Assembly (NCBI GenBank): GCA_965237905.1
Contig: OZ250172.1
Coordinates: 2,912,001 to 2,976,000 of the forward strand
DNA from: Nitrospinaceae bacterium
GTDB taxonomy: Bacteria > Nitrospinota > Nitrospinia > Nitrospinales > Nitrospinaceae
Reading direction: 5' to 3'
Length of the DNA: 64,000 nt
In this document: positions 17,968-26,730 of the stretch, piece by piece
How positions within the stretch are numbered: the stretch's first letter is position 1
Layout: each line of letters begins with the position of its first letter
Notes under the pieces: generated by a model
Database searches by the model: none
The model's input: only the letters and a program-made list of their open reading frames with translations
What the model was told of the DNA's origin: nothing
Position numbers and translations under genes: made by a program

Positions 17968-19863
17968 TTAAAAGGTGTAAACAACACCTGCGTAGCCGGA
18001 GATGCCCGCTGTTCCGAATCTAAAAGGCTCTTCATAATCTTTGTCGAGTAGGTTTTCGCCGCGTGCTGTCAGTTTCCAATTTTTGTTGAATTGGTAGCTG
18101 ACTGCGGCCCGTAGTAAAGCACGGCCTCCAACAATGTCTCCTGTTACGAAGGATGACGAATCCATACTACTTCTATAACTCATCGAAATGAGAGAATTTA
18201 GCTTATTTTCCCAATTATGATGCAAACTCACTGACAGGGCGTTTCGCGGCCGCCGAGCCAGGGTTTCATTGGTAATATCATCTACGGCTTGGTTCCAGGT
18301 ATGGAGAACCGTTAGGTCAAGATTTTCTATAATTTTGAGATTTAGGGAGCTTTCCACGCCTTTGGAAGTGGCCGATCCGACATTTTGAGGCATTGAGAAG
18401 GGAGGAGCCGGAAGAGAAACAAATACTATCAGATTGGTGTAATCGGTATAAAAATAATTAACATCCAGAGTCAGCCGGTCTCCGAACAGTTTTTGCTCGA
18501 TGCCGACTTCCCAATTTTTACTTTCCTCCGATTTAAGGTTGGGGTTATTGAAAGGTTGAAAAAATAATTCATTGATTGTCGGCGCCCGGAAACCTGTGGC
18601 ATAAGCGGCGCGGAACTTGGTTCCCAATTTCTTGAAGCGATAGGCTGCCTCCACTTTATAGGTAAGCTTGTCGCCAAATTCCGAGTTGACATTTTGTCGG
18701 AAACCAGCGGTCAGGAAAACCTGGTCCTCATAATTCAATTTTCCATCCAGATAATATCCCTGGGAATGGTTGGTTCGGCCTCCTTGTGATGGAGATATGA
18801 AGATGAGGGGGTTGCCTTTGAAAGTGCTTTGTCCATTGGTTACCTGGTATTCGAAACCGAATACAGTGGAGAAGTAGTCGGATAAGGTTGCATTGTTTTG
18901 TAAATCGATAGTATAGGTACGGTTGAAAACAGTTGAGTCTCCGAAAACGGGATTGACTGATTCCAATTTATCATAACTTAAATTGGTGTTGAGCCTGGCG
19001 TCCCACTGATCGGTGATGGATTTTCGTATGGGTATGGCAATTTGGAAATTCTCGTTGGTCGTTCTCTCTTCCAGGGTATCGGAAAATGCAAACGGGGGAA
19101 AAGGACTGGAACCGTCGAAGTCACTTTTAGCCAACAGATATCGGGTGATCAATTCAATGCGACCGTCATCCAGAAAATTGTAACCTAGTCGTGAAGACAA
19201 GGTTGTGTTGCCATAACCGTCATCTTCAGTAGCGCCCCGCTTTTCATTTAACGCGGAAAAGCCGTCGCTGTCGGTCCGGGAAGCAGATAGCGAATAATCA
19301 AATTTGCCCAGGGCACCGGAGCTGGACAGGGTTTCCTTGAAAGTCTTAAAACTTCCTGCCTCAAAGGCAACGGAGTGAGTAGGTGCCTGTTCCCCCCTTT
19401 TGGTGACGATGTTGATGACCCCGCCGACTGCATCCGCTCCCCATAGGGTGCTTTGCGGACCCCGCAGGATTTCTATACGTTCAATATTATCCATTTGTAG
19501 ATTGGCGAAATTGAAACCACCAGATGTATTGAGGTTGACCTGAACGCCGTCGATCATCACCAGAGTCGATTGCGAACCTGCGCCTCGCATGAAAATCGAG
19601 GTTTGGCTACCCATAGGTCCGGTATTGACGACATTGATTCCCAGTTGCTCCCGTAGGATATCCTTCACCTGCATGTGTTGTTTTTGTTTGATTTCCTCCT
19701 GTGTGATGATGGTCAGGGCAGAAGCCGGATTTTCCTCTTCAATGGAAGTCCGGGTGGCGGTGATTTCAATCGCCTTCAGAGCCTCCTCGTTTTCTTCTGC
19801 AAAAGCAGTCAGGGGCAATAACAAAAGGCAGGTCATCATAATAATAGTTTTAACGGGTTTCAT
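17968..19863 (-). CDS. btuB: TonB-dependent corrinoid receptor
   Basis: Signal peptide, TonB box ITATR, plug IERIEILRGPQSTLWG and C-terminal Phe; preceded by a cobalamin riboswitch. Confidence 0.88.
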   Translation of the reverse strand: MKPVKTIIMMTCLLLLPLTAFAEENEEALKAIEITATRTSIEEENPASALTIITQEEIKQKQHMQVKDILREQLGINVVNTGPMGSQTSIFMRGAGSQSTLVMIDGVQVNLNTSGGFNFANLQMDNIERIEILRGPQSTLWGADAVGGVINIVTKRGEQAPTHSVAFEAGSFKTFKETLSSSGALGKFDYSLSASRTDSDGFSALNEKRGATEDDGYGNTTLSSRLGYNFLDDGRIELITRYLLAKSDFDGSSPFPPFAFSDTLEERTTNENFQIAIPIRKSITDQWDARLNTNLSYDKLESVNPVFGDSTVFNRTYTIDLQNNATLSDYFSTVFGFEYQVTNGQSTFKGNPLIFISPSQGGRTNHSQGYYLDGKLNYEDQVFLTAGFRQNVNSEFGDKLTYKVEAAYRFKKLGTKFRAAYATGFRAPTINELFFQPFNNPNLKSEESKNWEVGIEQKLFGDRLTLDVNYFYTDYTNLIVFVSLPAPPFSMPQNVGSATSKGVESSLNLKIIENLDLTVLHTWNQAVDDITNETLARRPRNALSVSLHHNWENKLNSLISMSYRSSMDSSSFVTGDIVGGRALLRAAVSYQFNKNWKLTARGENLLDKDYEEPFRFGTAGISGYAGVVYTF

Positions 19864-19895
19864 TAGTTTCCTCTCTCTCGAAGGATGATGAATAA

Positions 19896-20042
19896 AATTC
19901 CCGGACCAGGTTTCCTGACTTGGGGCGACCTACTCACCGTGCCTTCCCGTCCTTGCGGACAGTGGCTGTCGACGGTTTTCGTTCCCATCACAGTTGCGGG
20001 ACAGTGGCGGCTTTTCACCGCGCTTCCCTACTCCCGGGAATT
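19896..20042 (-). promoter_or_regulatory. Cobalamin riboswitch (internal, upstream of btuB)
   Basis: Minus strand AGGGAAGCGCGGTGAAAAGCCGCCACTGTCCCGCAACTGTGA...GCCACTG...GGGAAGGC...AAGTCAGGAAACCTG; P1 is AATTCCCGG/CCGGGAATT. Confidence 0.93.
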
Positions 20043-20055
20043 GGATTGTGGCTTG

Positions 20056-21561
20056 CTACAAGCCGATGATGTGTTTCACCTCGTTCATGTTGATCGATTG
20101 CGTGACCAAATCCGCCAGCCGGTCCAACTGCCGGGAACGAAATTCCCGGTAATTGAATTGTTCTTCCGGTTGCGGCAGGTTTCTTTTATTACGTATATAA
20201 TTTAAAAATCCCTCTCGTATAGGATCGTTGTCCAGAAAACCATGCAGATAGGTGCCGATAACGTTCCCCTCTTCATTGCACAACCCCAGACTGGAAGGAC
20301 AATCGCCATTGGAAGGCTGAAAGAGAAGGGGATATTCTTTTTGAAATTGCGTCCGGCCGGAATGAATTTCATAGCCGTCCACCTCCAATCCCTCTTCAAA
20401 AATAGAAGAGGAGAGAGTAGGGCGTATTCTCCTTCGGGTGATTTTTTTATTTTCCATGAGCGTGGTGGCCTGTATGAAACCGAGTCCTTCTATTTCCTCG
20501 ATGGGACTTTCAATATGATCCGGGTCGAGCAGGCGCGTTCCCAGCATTTGAAATCCGCCACAGAGTCCGAGGATCAACCCACCTTCCTCATGGAAGGATT
20601 GGGCGTACCGATACCAGCCCATCTCCTTCATGAATTGCATGTCGCCGATGGTATTCTTGGTGCCGGGAAGAATCAGCAGGTCCGGATTACCCGCCTGCAC
20701 CGGACTGCGGACGTACCGGACCGCCACTCCGGGATCGGAGACCAGCGGTGAAAAATCGGTAAAGTTTGCGATGTGCGGTAATTGAACGATAGCAACGTCC
20801 ACCACGCTTGGGTGGCTATTCACAATGGGCGAACTATGATGAGGAATGGCGTCTTCTTCATCCACAAATAATTCGGCGTCAAAGGAGATGACCCCTAAAA
20901 TAGGTTTGCCGGTCATCTCCTCAAATTGCGTGAGGCCCGGTTTCAGTAAATCGATGTCCCCACGGAACTTATTGATGATGAATCCCCGCACTCTTTTTTG
21001 TTCGGATTCGGTGAGTAAGTCAAGAGTTCCCTTCATCCAGGCGAACACACCGCCGCGGTCGATGTCGCCGACGATCAATACCGGCGCGTCGGCCATGTCC
21101 GCCATTGCCATGTTGACCATGTCGTGCTGGCGCAGGTTGATTTCGGCAGGCGATCCGGCGCCTTCCATGATGATGAGTTCGTATTTATTTTTTAAAGTAT
21201 CGAAGGCTCCGGCGACTTCCTTTACAAAATTGGGTCGATCAGCATAATAATCCTTGGCGTTGCGTTGACCCATCACTTTACCCATGACGATGACTTGCGA
21301 ATTGTTATCCGCGTTGGGTTTGAGCAGAATGGGATTCATGGTGACATGCGGCGCAATACCGCAGGCTTCGGCCTGATACACCTGGGCGCGGCCGATTTCT
21401 CCCCCTTCTTCGGTGACATACGAATTTAAGGACATGTTCTGCGCTTTGAACGGGGCGACTTTAAGGCCCTCGCTGTAAAACGCCCGGCACAAGGCGGCGG
21501 TGATGATACTTTTGCCCACTCCGGAACCGGTACCCTGAATCATCAATATTTTAGCAGTCAT
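20056..21561 (-). CDS. cobQ: Cobyric acid synthase
   Basis: MIQGTGSGVGKS, PFKAQNMS, MNPILLKP, EGAGSPAEINL, GLCGGFQMLG and GTYLHG. Confidence 0.96.
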   Translation of the reverse strand: MTAKILMIQGTGSGVGKSIITAALCRAFYSEGLKVAPFKAQNMSLNSYVTEEGGEIGRAQVYQAEACGIAPHVTMNPILLKPNADNNSQVIVMGKVMGQRNAKDYYADRPNFVKEVAGAFDTLKNKYELIIMEGAGSPAEINLRQHDMVNMAMADMADAPVLIVGDIDRGGVFAWMKGTLDLLTESEQKRVRGFIINKFRGDIDLLKPGLTQFEEMTGKPILGVISFDAELFVDEEDAIPHHSSPIVNSHPSVVDVAIVQLPHIANFTDFSPLVSDPGVAVRYVRSPVQAGNPDLLILPGTKNTIGDMQFMKEMGWYRYAQSFHEEGGLILGLCGGFQMLGTRLLDPDHIESPIEEIEGLGFIQATTLMENKKITRRRIRPTLSSSIFEEGLEVDGYEIHSGRTQFQKEYPLLFQPSNGDCPSSLGLCNEEGNVIGTYLHGFLDNDPIREGFLNYIRNKRNLPQPEEQFNYREFRSRQLDRLADLVTQSINMNEVKHIIGL

Positions 21562-22595
21562 ACGGCCCCTTTCTTATGCTGACGCTTTAATAGCCAGACG
21601 AAAAACGGACCGCCCAGCATGGCGGTGATCACGCCGACCGGAATTTCCGTCGGAGCGATCAGGGTGCGTCCCACGGTGTCACACAGGATCAGAAAGCTGG
21701 CGCCGAAGAACATGGAGCCGGGAATCAAAAGACGCAAATCGGGCCCGACCATTAGGCGCACGATATGCGGCACGATCAACCCGACAAATCCGATGGGACC
21801 GCTGATGGCTACCACAGTACCGGTAATCAGCGAGGCCAGGACGAAGCCGATTTTCTGGGTCCGTACCACATCCACTCCCCGGCTCATGGCCGATTGCACT
21901 CCCGCGCTGATCAGGTTCATATCGCGCGACACGTAAATGAGACCGCCGATGCCCAAAATCACAAAGGGGCAGATGGACCATACCGTCTGGTAATCGGTGA
22001 TATCCAGCCCGCCCATCAACCAGCGGACGATTTGAAACGACTGCGTGAAATCGGACATGTAGTGGATGAACATGACCATCGACGCGAAAAAGAAATTGGC
22101 CGTCACCCCCGCCAGCAGAAGGACGGAAGTCGGAAAATCCCCATACCGCGTTTTTACCAGGCTGAAAACGAGAAACATGGTTCCCAATGCGCCGGCGAAC
22201 GCGGCAATGGACAGGGTAGAAATTCCCAAAATAGTGAAGTTCAGGTTGAGGCTGATGGCGATCACCGCGCCTAAGGACGCGCCGCTGGAAACCCCGAGGG
22301 TGAATGGCGCCGCAAGGTCGTTGCGCAGAAGAGCCTGAAACACCGCGCCCGTGACTGACAACGCCGCTCCGGTGACCGCTCCCAGGAGAATCCGGGGGAT
22401 GCGGGCCAGGAACAGGATATCGGCGTCTACGTTGTCGGTGGCACCGAGACCTCCCGACAAGGCTTTGCCGATGTCAATGGAGGTGGGTCCGATCAGCGGT
22501 GCCAGTATCAAGGTGGCCAGGAATAATAGAAAGAACAGGCCTATGCCCGTAGCGAATTTCCGGGAGCTTATGGCGGATGGTTGCAACTCGTTCAT
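21558..22595 (-). CDS. btuC: Corrinoid ABC permease (FecCD/BtuC family)
   Basis: RIPR, FQALLRNDLA, GVSSGA, GFVGLIVPH and EIPVGVITA; riboswitch context. Confidence 0.88.
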   Translation of the reverse strand: MNELQPSAISSRKFATGIGLFFLLFLATLILAPLIGPTSIDIGKALSGGLGATDNVDADILFLARIPRILLGAVTGAALSVTGAVFQALLRNDLAAPFTLGVSSGASLGAVIAISLNLNFTILGISTLSIAAFAGALGTMFLVFSLVKTRYGDFPTSVLLLAGVTANFFFASMVMFIHYMSDFTQSFQIVRWLMGGLDITDYQTVWSICPFVILGIGGLIYVSRDMNLISAGVQSAMSRGVDVVRTQKIGFVLASLITGTVVAISGPIGFVGLIVPHIVRLMVGPDLRLLIPGSMFFGASFLILCDTVGRTLIAPTEIPVGVITAMLGGPFFVWLLKRQHKKGAV

Positions 22596-23395
22596 GAGGC
22601 CTCCGGCACGACCAGCAGACTGCCGTCTTCGTCATCTTGAAAAATTTTGACCTTCACTTCATACACTTCTTCGAGAATCTCCTTTTTCAGAACTGCTTCG
22701 GGAGGCCCATCGCAAAACACGCGGCCTTCTTTCAGGAGGATCAGCCGTTTGCAGAATTTCGAGGCCAGGTGCAGATCGTGCATGGCCAGGATGAGCGATT
22801 TGTTTTCCCGCTCGTTCAGTTGTTTCAAAATACTGAGGACTTCGATCTGGTATTTGATGTCCAGTGCCGAGGTGGGTTCGTCGAGAAGCATGACCTCCGG
22901 TTTCTGCGAGATGGCGCTGGCGATCATGACCCTCTGTTTTTCGCCGCCGCTGATTTCATTGAAACTCCGATGGGCAAACTCCAGAACTTGAGTTTGCTTC
23001 ATGGCTTCCTCTGCGATCCGGTAATCGTTTTCCCCTTCAAAGGTCAGAGGTGATAAATACGGATGGCGTCCCATCAACACGATATCGATTACTTTAAAAG
23101 AAAACGCCATTTGCTTTTCCTGCGGAATCCAAGCGATGGATACGGCCAGGTCCTTTTTTTTGTAATGGCTCAATTCGCGATTTTTAAAGAAGACCGTTTT
23201 GGAAGAGGAGGGTAGTATGCCACCGATCAGTTTGAGCAGTGTCGATTTACCGGAACCGTTGGGCCCGATGACGCCTGTGAATTCTCCCGCCTGAAAGTTG
23301 AGAGAAATATCCCTGAGCACCGGCTCTTCCATGTAGGCGAAGGTCAGGTTCTTGGTTGCGATCAATGCCTCCGATGCCTGGGTTTCTGTTGTCAT
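22592..23395 (-). CDS. btuD: Corrinoid ABC ATPase
   Basis: GPNGSGKS, ISGGEKQR, LLDEPT and H-loop. Confidence 0.88.
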   Translation of the reverse strand: MTTETQASEALIATKNLTFAYMEEPVLRDISLNFQAGEFTGVIGPNGSGKSTLLKLIGGILPSSSKTVFFKNRELSHYKKKDLAVSIAWIPQEKQMAFSFKVIDIVLMGRHPYLSPLTFEGENDYRIAEEAMKQTQVLEFAHRSFNEISGGEKQRVMIASAISQKPEVMLLDEPTSALDIKYQIEVLSILKQLNERENKSLILAMHDLHLASKFCKRLILLKEGRVFCDGPPEAVLKKEILEEVYEVKVKIFQDDEDGSLLVVPEAS

Positions 23396-23399
23396 CGCT

Positions 23400-24305
23400 T
23401 CAATCCTTGAACGCTTCCGGGTGAATCACCCGGGCGAAATGATCCAGAATGTTTAGAAACCTGGGACCGGGAATGAGAATGTAATCGGCCCCGACAAAAT
23501 AAATGGTTTTATTTTTGACGGCGGTTAACGTGGGGAACCGTTGCCATTGTTTGAGTTTTTTTTCCTTTTCGCTGGCCGACATGTTCGCATCGGGACCGGC
23601 TTCGATGATGACCTCCGGCGAGTGGCGCAGGATGAATTCCTTCGAAATTTTTGGATAATTTGTGTCGGGATCCGTCAGAATGTTTTCTCCACCGGCCAGC
23701 TCCAGTAATTCTCCGAGAAAGGTGCTTCTGCCCACGGCGTACAAAGCACCGCCGGGATTACTGCCGTCACCCAATATCAGAAGTGCTGTCTTTTTGGGAA
23801 CGTTCCTCAGGCGGACTTGCTGGCGTTGAATCCCGGATTGCAATTGTTCAATGAGAGCCTGGGCGTCGGTTTCGCATCCCAGTACCTCGCCAAAGGTTTT
23901 TATGGTTTCCAAAATATTTTGCAGACGAGTCATGGAAACGGCGAGCGTGCGGATGCTCAGGTTTTTCGCGTTGATCCGCAATTTATGGCTATCCTCCTGA
24001 TAGATGATTAAATCCGGCTTGAGGGTAATCCATGTTTCCACACTGGGGTTCAGCAGGCCGCCGATTTTGGGCAGGGCGCAGGCTTCCTTGGGATAAGAAC
24101 AGAAATCGGTAACGCCGACGACGCGGTTGCCTACCCCCAGAGCGAACAGGGTTTCGGTAATCGAGGGTGACATGGAAATGATGCGCTGAGGATATTGAGG
24201 TGCGGCCCAGGAGATATCAAACCAAATAAAGAGACTGGCGCAGAAGAAAAGAGCGATGCGTTTTATGTTCCCCGGTGCCGCGCGGGGAGTGGGATAGCCG
24301 ACCAT
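23400..24305 (-). CDS. btuF: Corrinoid-binding periplasmic protein
   Basis: RIISMSPSITETLFALG, VGVTDFCSYP and PGPR; directly under a cobalamin riboswitch. Confidence 0.88.
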   Translation of the reverse strand: MVGYPTPRAAPGNIKRIALFFCASLFIWFDISWAAPQYPQRIISMSPSITETLFALGVGNRVVGVTDFCSYPKEACALPKIGGLLNPSVETWITLKPDLIIYQEDSHKLRINAKNLSIRTLAVSMTRLQNILETIKTFGEVLGCETDAQALIEQLQSGIQRQQVRLRNVPKKTALLILGDGSNPGGALYAVGRSTFLGELLELAGGENILTDPDTNYPKISKEFILRHSPEVIIEAGPDANMSASEKEKKLKQWQRFPTLTAVKNKTIYFVGADYILIPGPRFLNILDHFARVIHPEAFKD

Positions 24306-24340
24306 GAGTTTAACTCCTGCTCGGAGACCCGGAAGGCCAA

Positions 24341-24368
24341 TAAAAAACCCTTTCCGGGAGGAAAGGGG
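24341..24368 (-). terminator. Intrinsic terminator (riboswitch expression platform)
   Basis: Minus strand CCCTTTCC-TCCC-GGAAAGGG followed by a T run, between the aptamer and btuF. Confidence 0.85.
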
Positions 24369-24414
24369 ATTTTTAGCCCTTCACCTCTCAGGTTCCGAAG
24401 AGTGTGTGAAGCCG

Positions 24415-24559
24415 GTTCAGACAGGCTTTCTGGCTTCCGGATCGGCCTAATACCTGCGCCTTCCCGTTTCCTTGGAAACAGTGGCTTCGAGCAGGATTCG
24501 TCCCCGGTTACAGCGGCGGGCCCGCGACGGATTCGCACCGTCTTTCCTTACATCTGAAC
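24415..24559 (-). promoter_or_regulatory. Cobalamin riboswitch (leader of btuF operon)
   Basis: Minus strand AAGGAAAGACGGTGCGAATCCGTCGCGGGCCCGCCGCTGTAA...GCCACTG...GGGAAGGC...AAGCCAGAAAGCCTG; P1 is GTTCAGA/TCTGAAC. Confidence 0.93.
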
Positions 24560-24581
24560 ACGAACAATTTACTTGGGTGCC

Positions 24582-24609
24582 AGCATATCAGAAGGTCTGG
24601 GACTGTCAA
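24582..24609 (-). promoter_or_regulatory. Sigma70-type promoter of the corrinoid operon
   Basis: Minus strand TTGACA-N16-TATGCT with TGn extension, about 20 bp before the aptamer. Confidence 0.6.
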
Positions 24610-24636
24610 TAGAATTCGGGGTGGCTGGCGAAGGGA

Positions 24637-25293
24637 TTACTCGGATTCAAAAAATTGTGTCAAGTCCGCGATGTTGTTGGCATTGACTTCGTGGCCCTGA
24701 GAGGTCTCTTTTTTGGTAAGAAGGTGACCTTGAGCTTCCATTTCGTCGAGTGCGTGTTCTGCGAGGAAAGAGGGAACAACTTCGTCATTGAGTCCATAAA
24801 TTCCCAGGATGGAGGTGTTGTGCGTTTGTTTCGAGCCGTTGTCGGGAATTTCGGGAAGGAAACCGCACACCGAGGCTACCTTGTGAAGAGGGTAGGATCC
24901 CAGGAGAGAATAAACCAGCGCCGCCGCGCCACCCTGAGAAAATCCCCACATGCAGACTTTGGAATCGTGGTCCGTCAACTCTTTCAGGTAACGGTGCGCC
25001 TCGTTCACCAGCTGAGCGGTGTAATCCAGAAAATGATTGACGGTCTCCTTCTGGCGCGGTCCGTCTTTCCACCAACTCCACAGCCCGTCGCCGGCATCGG
25101 TCGGTCCTTCGGGATAAACGAAGACCGTGTTGCTTAGTTTCAGTTTGTTGCCGTGGATCAGCATGTTTTCCGGCGTGGAGTCCGCCCCGTGAAAACCGAT
25201 CAACAGCCGCGTTGGTTGACCCAAGTTCAATTTCGATTCACCGAGGATTACTTTTTTATTATTCCACTGTGCATTTTTGTAATGGACGGTCAT
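24637..25293 (-). CDS. Alpha/beta hydrolase (carboxylesterase/phospholipase type)
   Basis: FHG, GFSQG nucleophile elbow, NDEVVP and GHEV catalytic triad. Confidence 0.88.
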   Translation of the reverse strand: MTVHYKNAQWNNKKVILGESKLNLGQPTRLLIGFHGADSTPENMLIHGNKLKLSNTVFVYPEGPTDAGDGLWSWWKDGPRQKETVNHFLDYTAQLVNEAHRYLKELTDHDSKVCMWGFSQGGAAALVYSLLGSYPLHKVASVCGFLPEIPDNGSKQTHNTSILGIYGLNDEVVPSFLAEHALDEMEAQGHLLTKKETSQGHEVNANNIADLTQFFESE

Positions 25294-26654
25294 TCGGCCA
25301 ACTCCACTTGTGATGCGATCAATCCCTTTGCCAACTGCTCGGCTTCTTCTTTAGTTTGAATCGTTCCCAAAACCCGTGCTTCTTCCACTTTTTCAAGGAT
25401 GAATTTGAAGTGTGGTGAGGGTTTCAGTTGGAATTTCCTTTTCAAGACGTCGCCGTCCAAAAGAGCAGGGCGGTCCTGCGCTGGAATATAGGTTTCGATG
25501 TAGAACTCGAAGATTCGATTGATCAAGGGAACAAAATACTTGATGTCCTCCTGATTTCCCAACCGGACGGCGAAGGATAATAATAGCGAAGAAATCAGCT
25601 CATCGCCACTTTGATGGATGAATTGATAAACGGTCGAATCCTCCTTGAAGCCGTCGGCGGCACTGCGGGCTTCCGAAAGCACGATTCCGGTAAACTTCAG
25701 GGTTCGGTCGACAAACTCAATATCAGAATTACTCAACCGAGACTCTTTGAGAAAATCTGTAGCCTCGAAGGCCGAACCAGAGGCCGCCGCTAAAAGCCGA
25801 ATTAAGGCCGACCATTTTAACAAGGCATAGTGATGGTTTACCGATAGAAAATCTTTTATGAGTTGTATGTCTTTTTCTAGAAGTTGATCCGGATGGATAA
25901 GGATATTCTCCATCTCCCGGAACACGTTCAGGGTGTCGTCCCACAGAGTCGTAGTGGGTTGGTTTCCCGGCTTCGTTTTGAGTTTTGAAACATGGGGAAA
26001 CAAAACTTCGATTAATCCGGTTGAGTCCATCAGGTCGAGCCGAGACTGTGAAGCTCCCAATAAAATGAGAAGCTCATAGGTGATCCTTTCCTGAGCGACT
26101 CCATTGAGTTGGGTCTTGTGAGTTTTGATTTGTTCGATTGTTTCCAGCTCGATGCCGAATCCCAATGTGCTGGCAAAACGGAACGCGCGGAGCAGTCGTA
26201 GCGGATCTTCCTCAAAAGCCCGTCCTGGAACCACCCGGATGATTTGATTGCGAAGATCGTTTTGTCCATCAAAAGGATCAATCAGATTTGCTTTTTCTCC
26301 AATAAAGTCCGGCAGGGAAACAGCCATTGCGTTGATGGTGAAATCGCGTTGCGATAGATCCTCTTCGATCGTCTGACCCTGAAGAGTCGTGAAGTCGAAA
26401 TATAAATCCCGGTGCAGAACGACCCGGTAAGTTTCGTGGCCGGGGGTTTCGTCCAGAGGGACCAGTGTTCGCTGAACTTTTTGAGCCCAGGCGCGGGCAA
26501 TTTCTGGGGCATGGGGCGCGGTAAAGTCGTAGTCGGTGCAGGGTCTCCCGATGAGGTGGTCACGGATCGTCCCGCCGACAAGATAAAGCGAGCTATCCAG
26601 TAGTCGGGAGAGTTGGTTTATATCTTCAAGATTTTTTTTTACTGAGGGGTCCAT
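25290..26654 (-). CDS. Class II tRNA nucleotidyltransferase (probably CC-adding)
   Basis: VGGTIRD..DYDF, EDLSQRDFTINAM, DPFDG, EDPLRLLRAFRF and ERI. The flexible loop is short and the HD motif degenerate. Confidence 0.88.
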   Translation of the reverse strand: MDPSVKKNLEDINQLSRLLDSSLYLVGGTIRDHLIGRPCTDYDFTAPHAPEIARAWAQKVQRTLVPLDETPGHETYRVVLHRDLYFDFTTLQGQTIEEDLSQRDFTINAMAVSLPDFIGEKANLIDPFDGQNDLRNQIIRVVPGRAFEEDPLRLLRAFRFASTLGFGIELETIEQIKTHKTQLNGVAQERITYELLILLGASQSRLDLMDSTGLIEVLFPHVSKLKTKPGNQPTTTLWDDTLNVFREMENILIHPDQLLEKDIQLIKDFLSVNHHYALLKWSALIRLLAAASGSAFEATDFLKESRLSNSDIEFVDRTLKFTGIVLSEARSAADGFKEDSTVYQFIHQSGDELISSLLLSFAVRLGNQEDIKYFVPLINRIFEFYIETYIPAQDRPALLDGDVLKRKFQLKPSPHFKFILEKVEEARVLGTIQTKEEAEQLAKGLIASQVELAE

Positions 26655-26730
26655 GGAATTGAGTCAGGAGAATTATGGGCAGATTTCATAATATCAGTTA
26701 GCAGGAATAAAGCCAAAGGGAGGGACTCTT

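Noticed and set aside
19885..20205. ORFs overlapping 19885-20205 and 24195-24557
   Set aside because: They are translations of the cobalamin riboswitches (PITVAGQW, PVTAAGPRR patterns).
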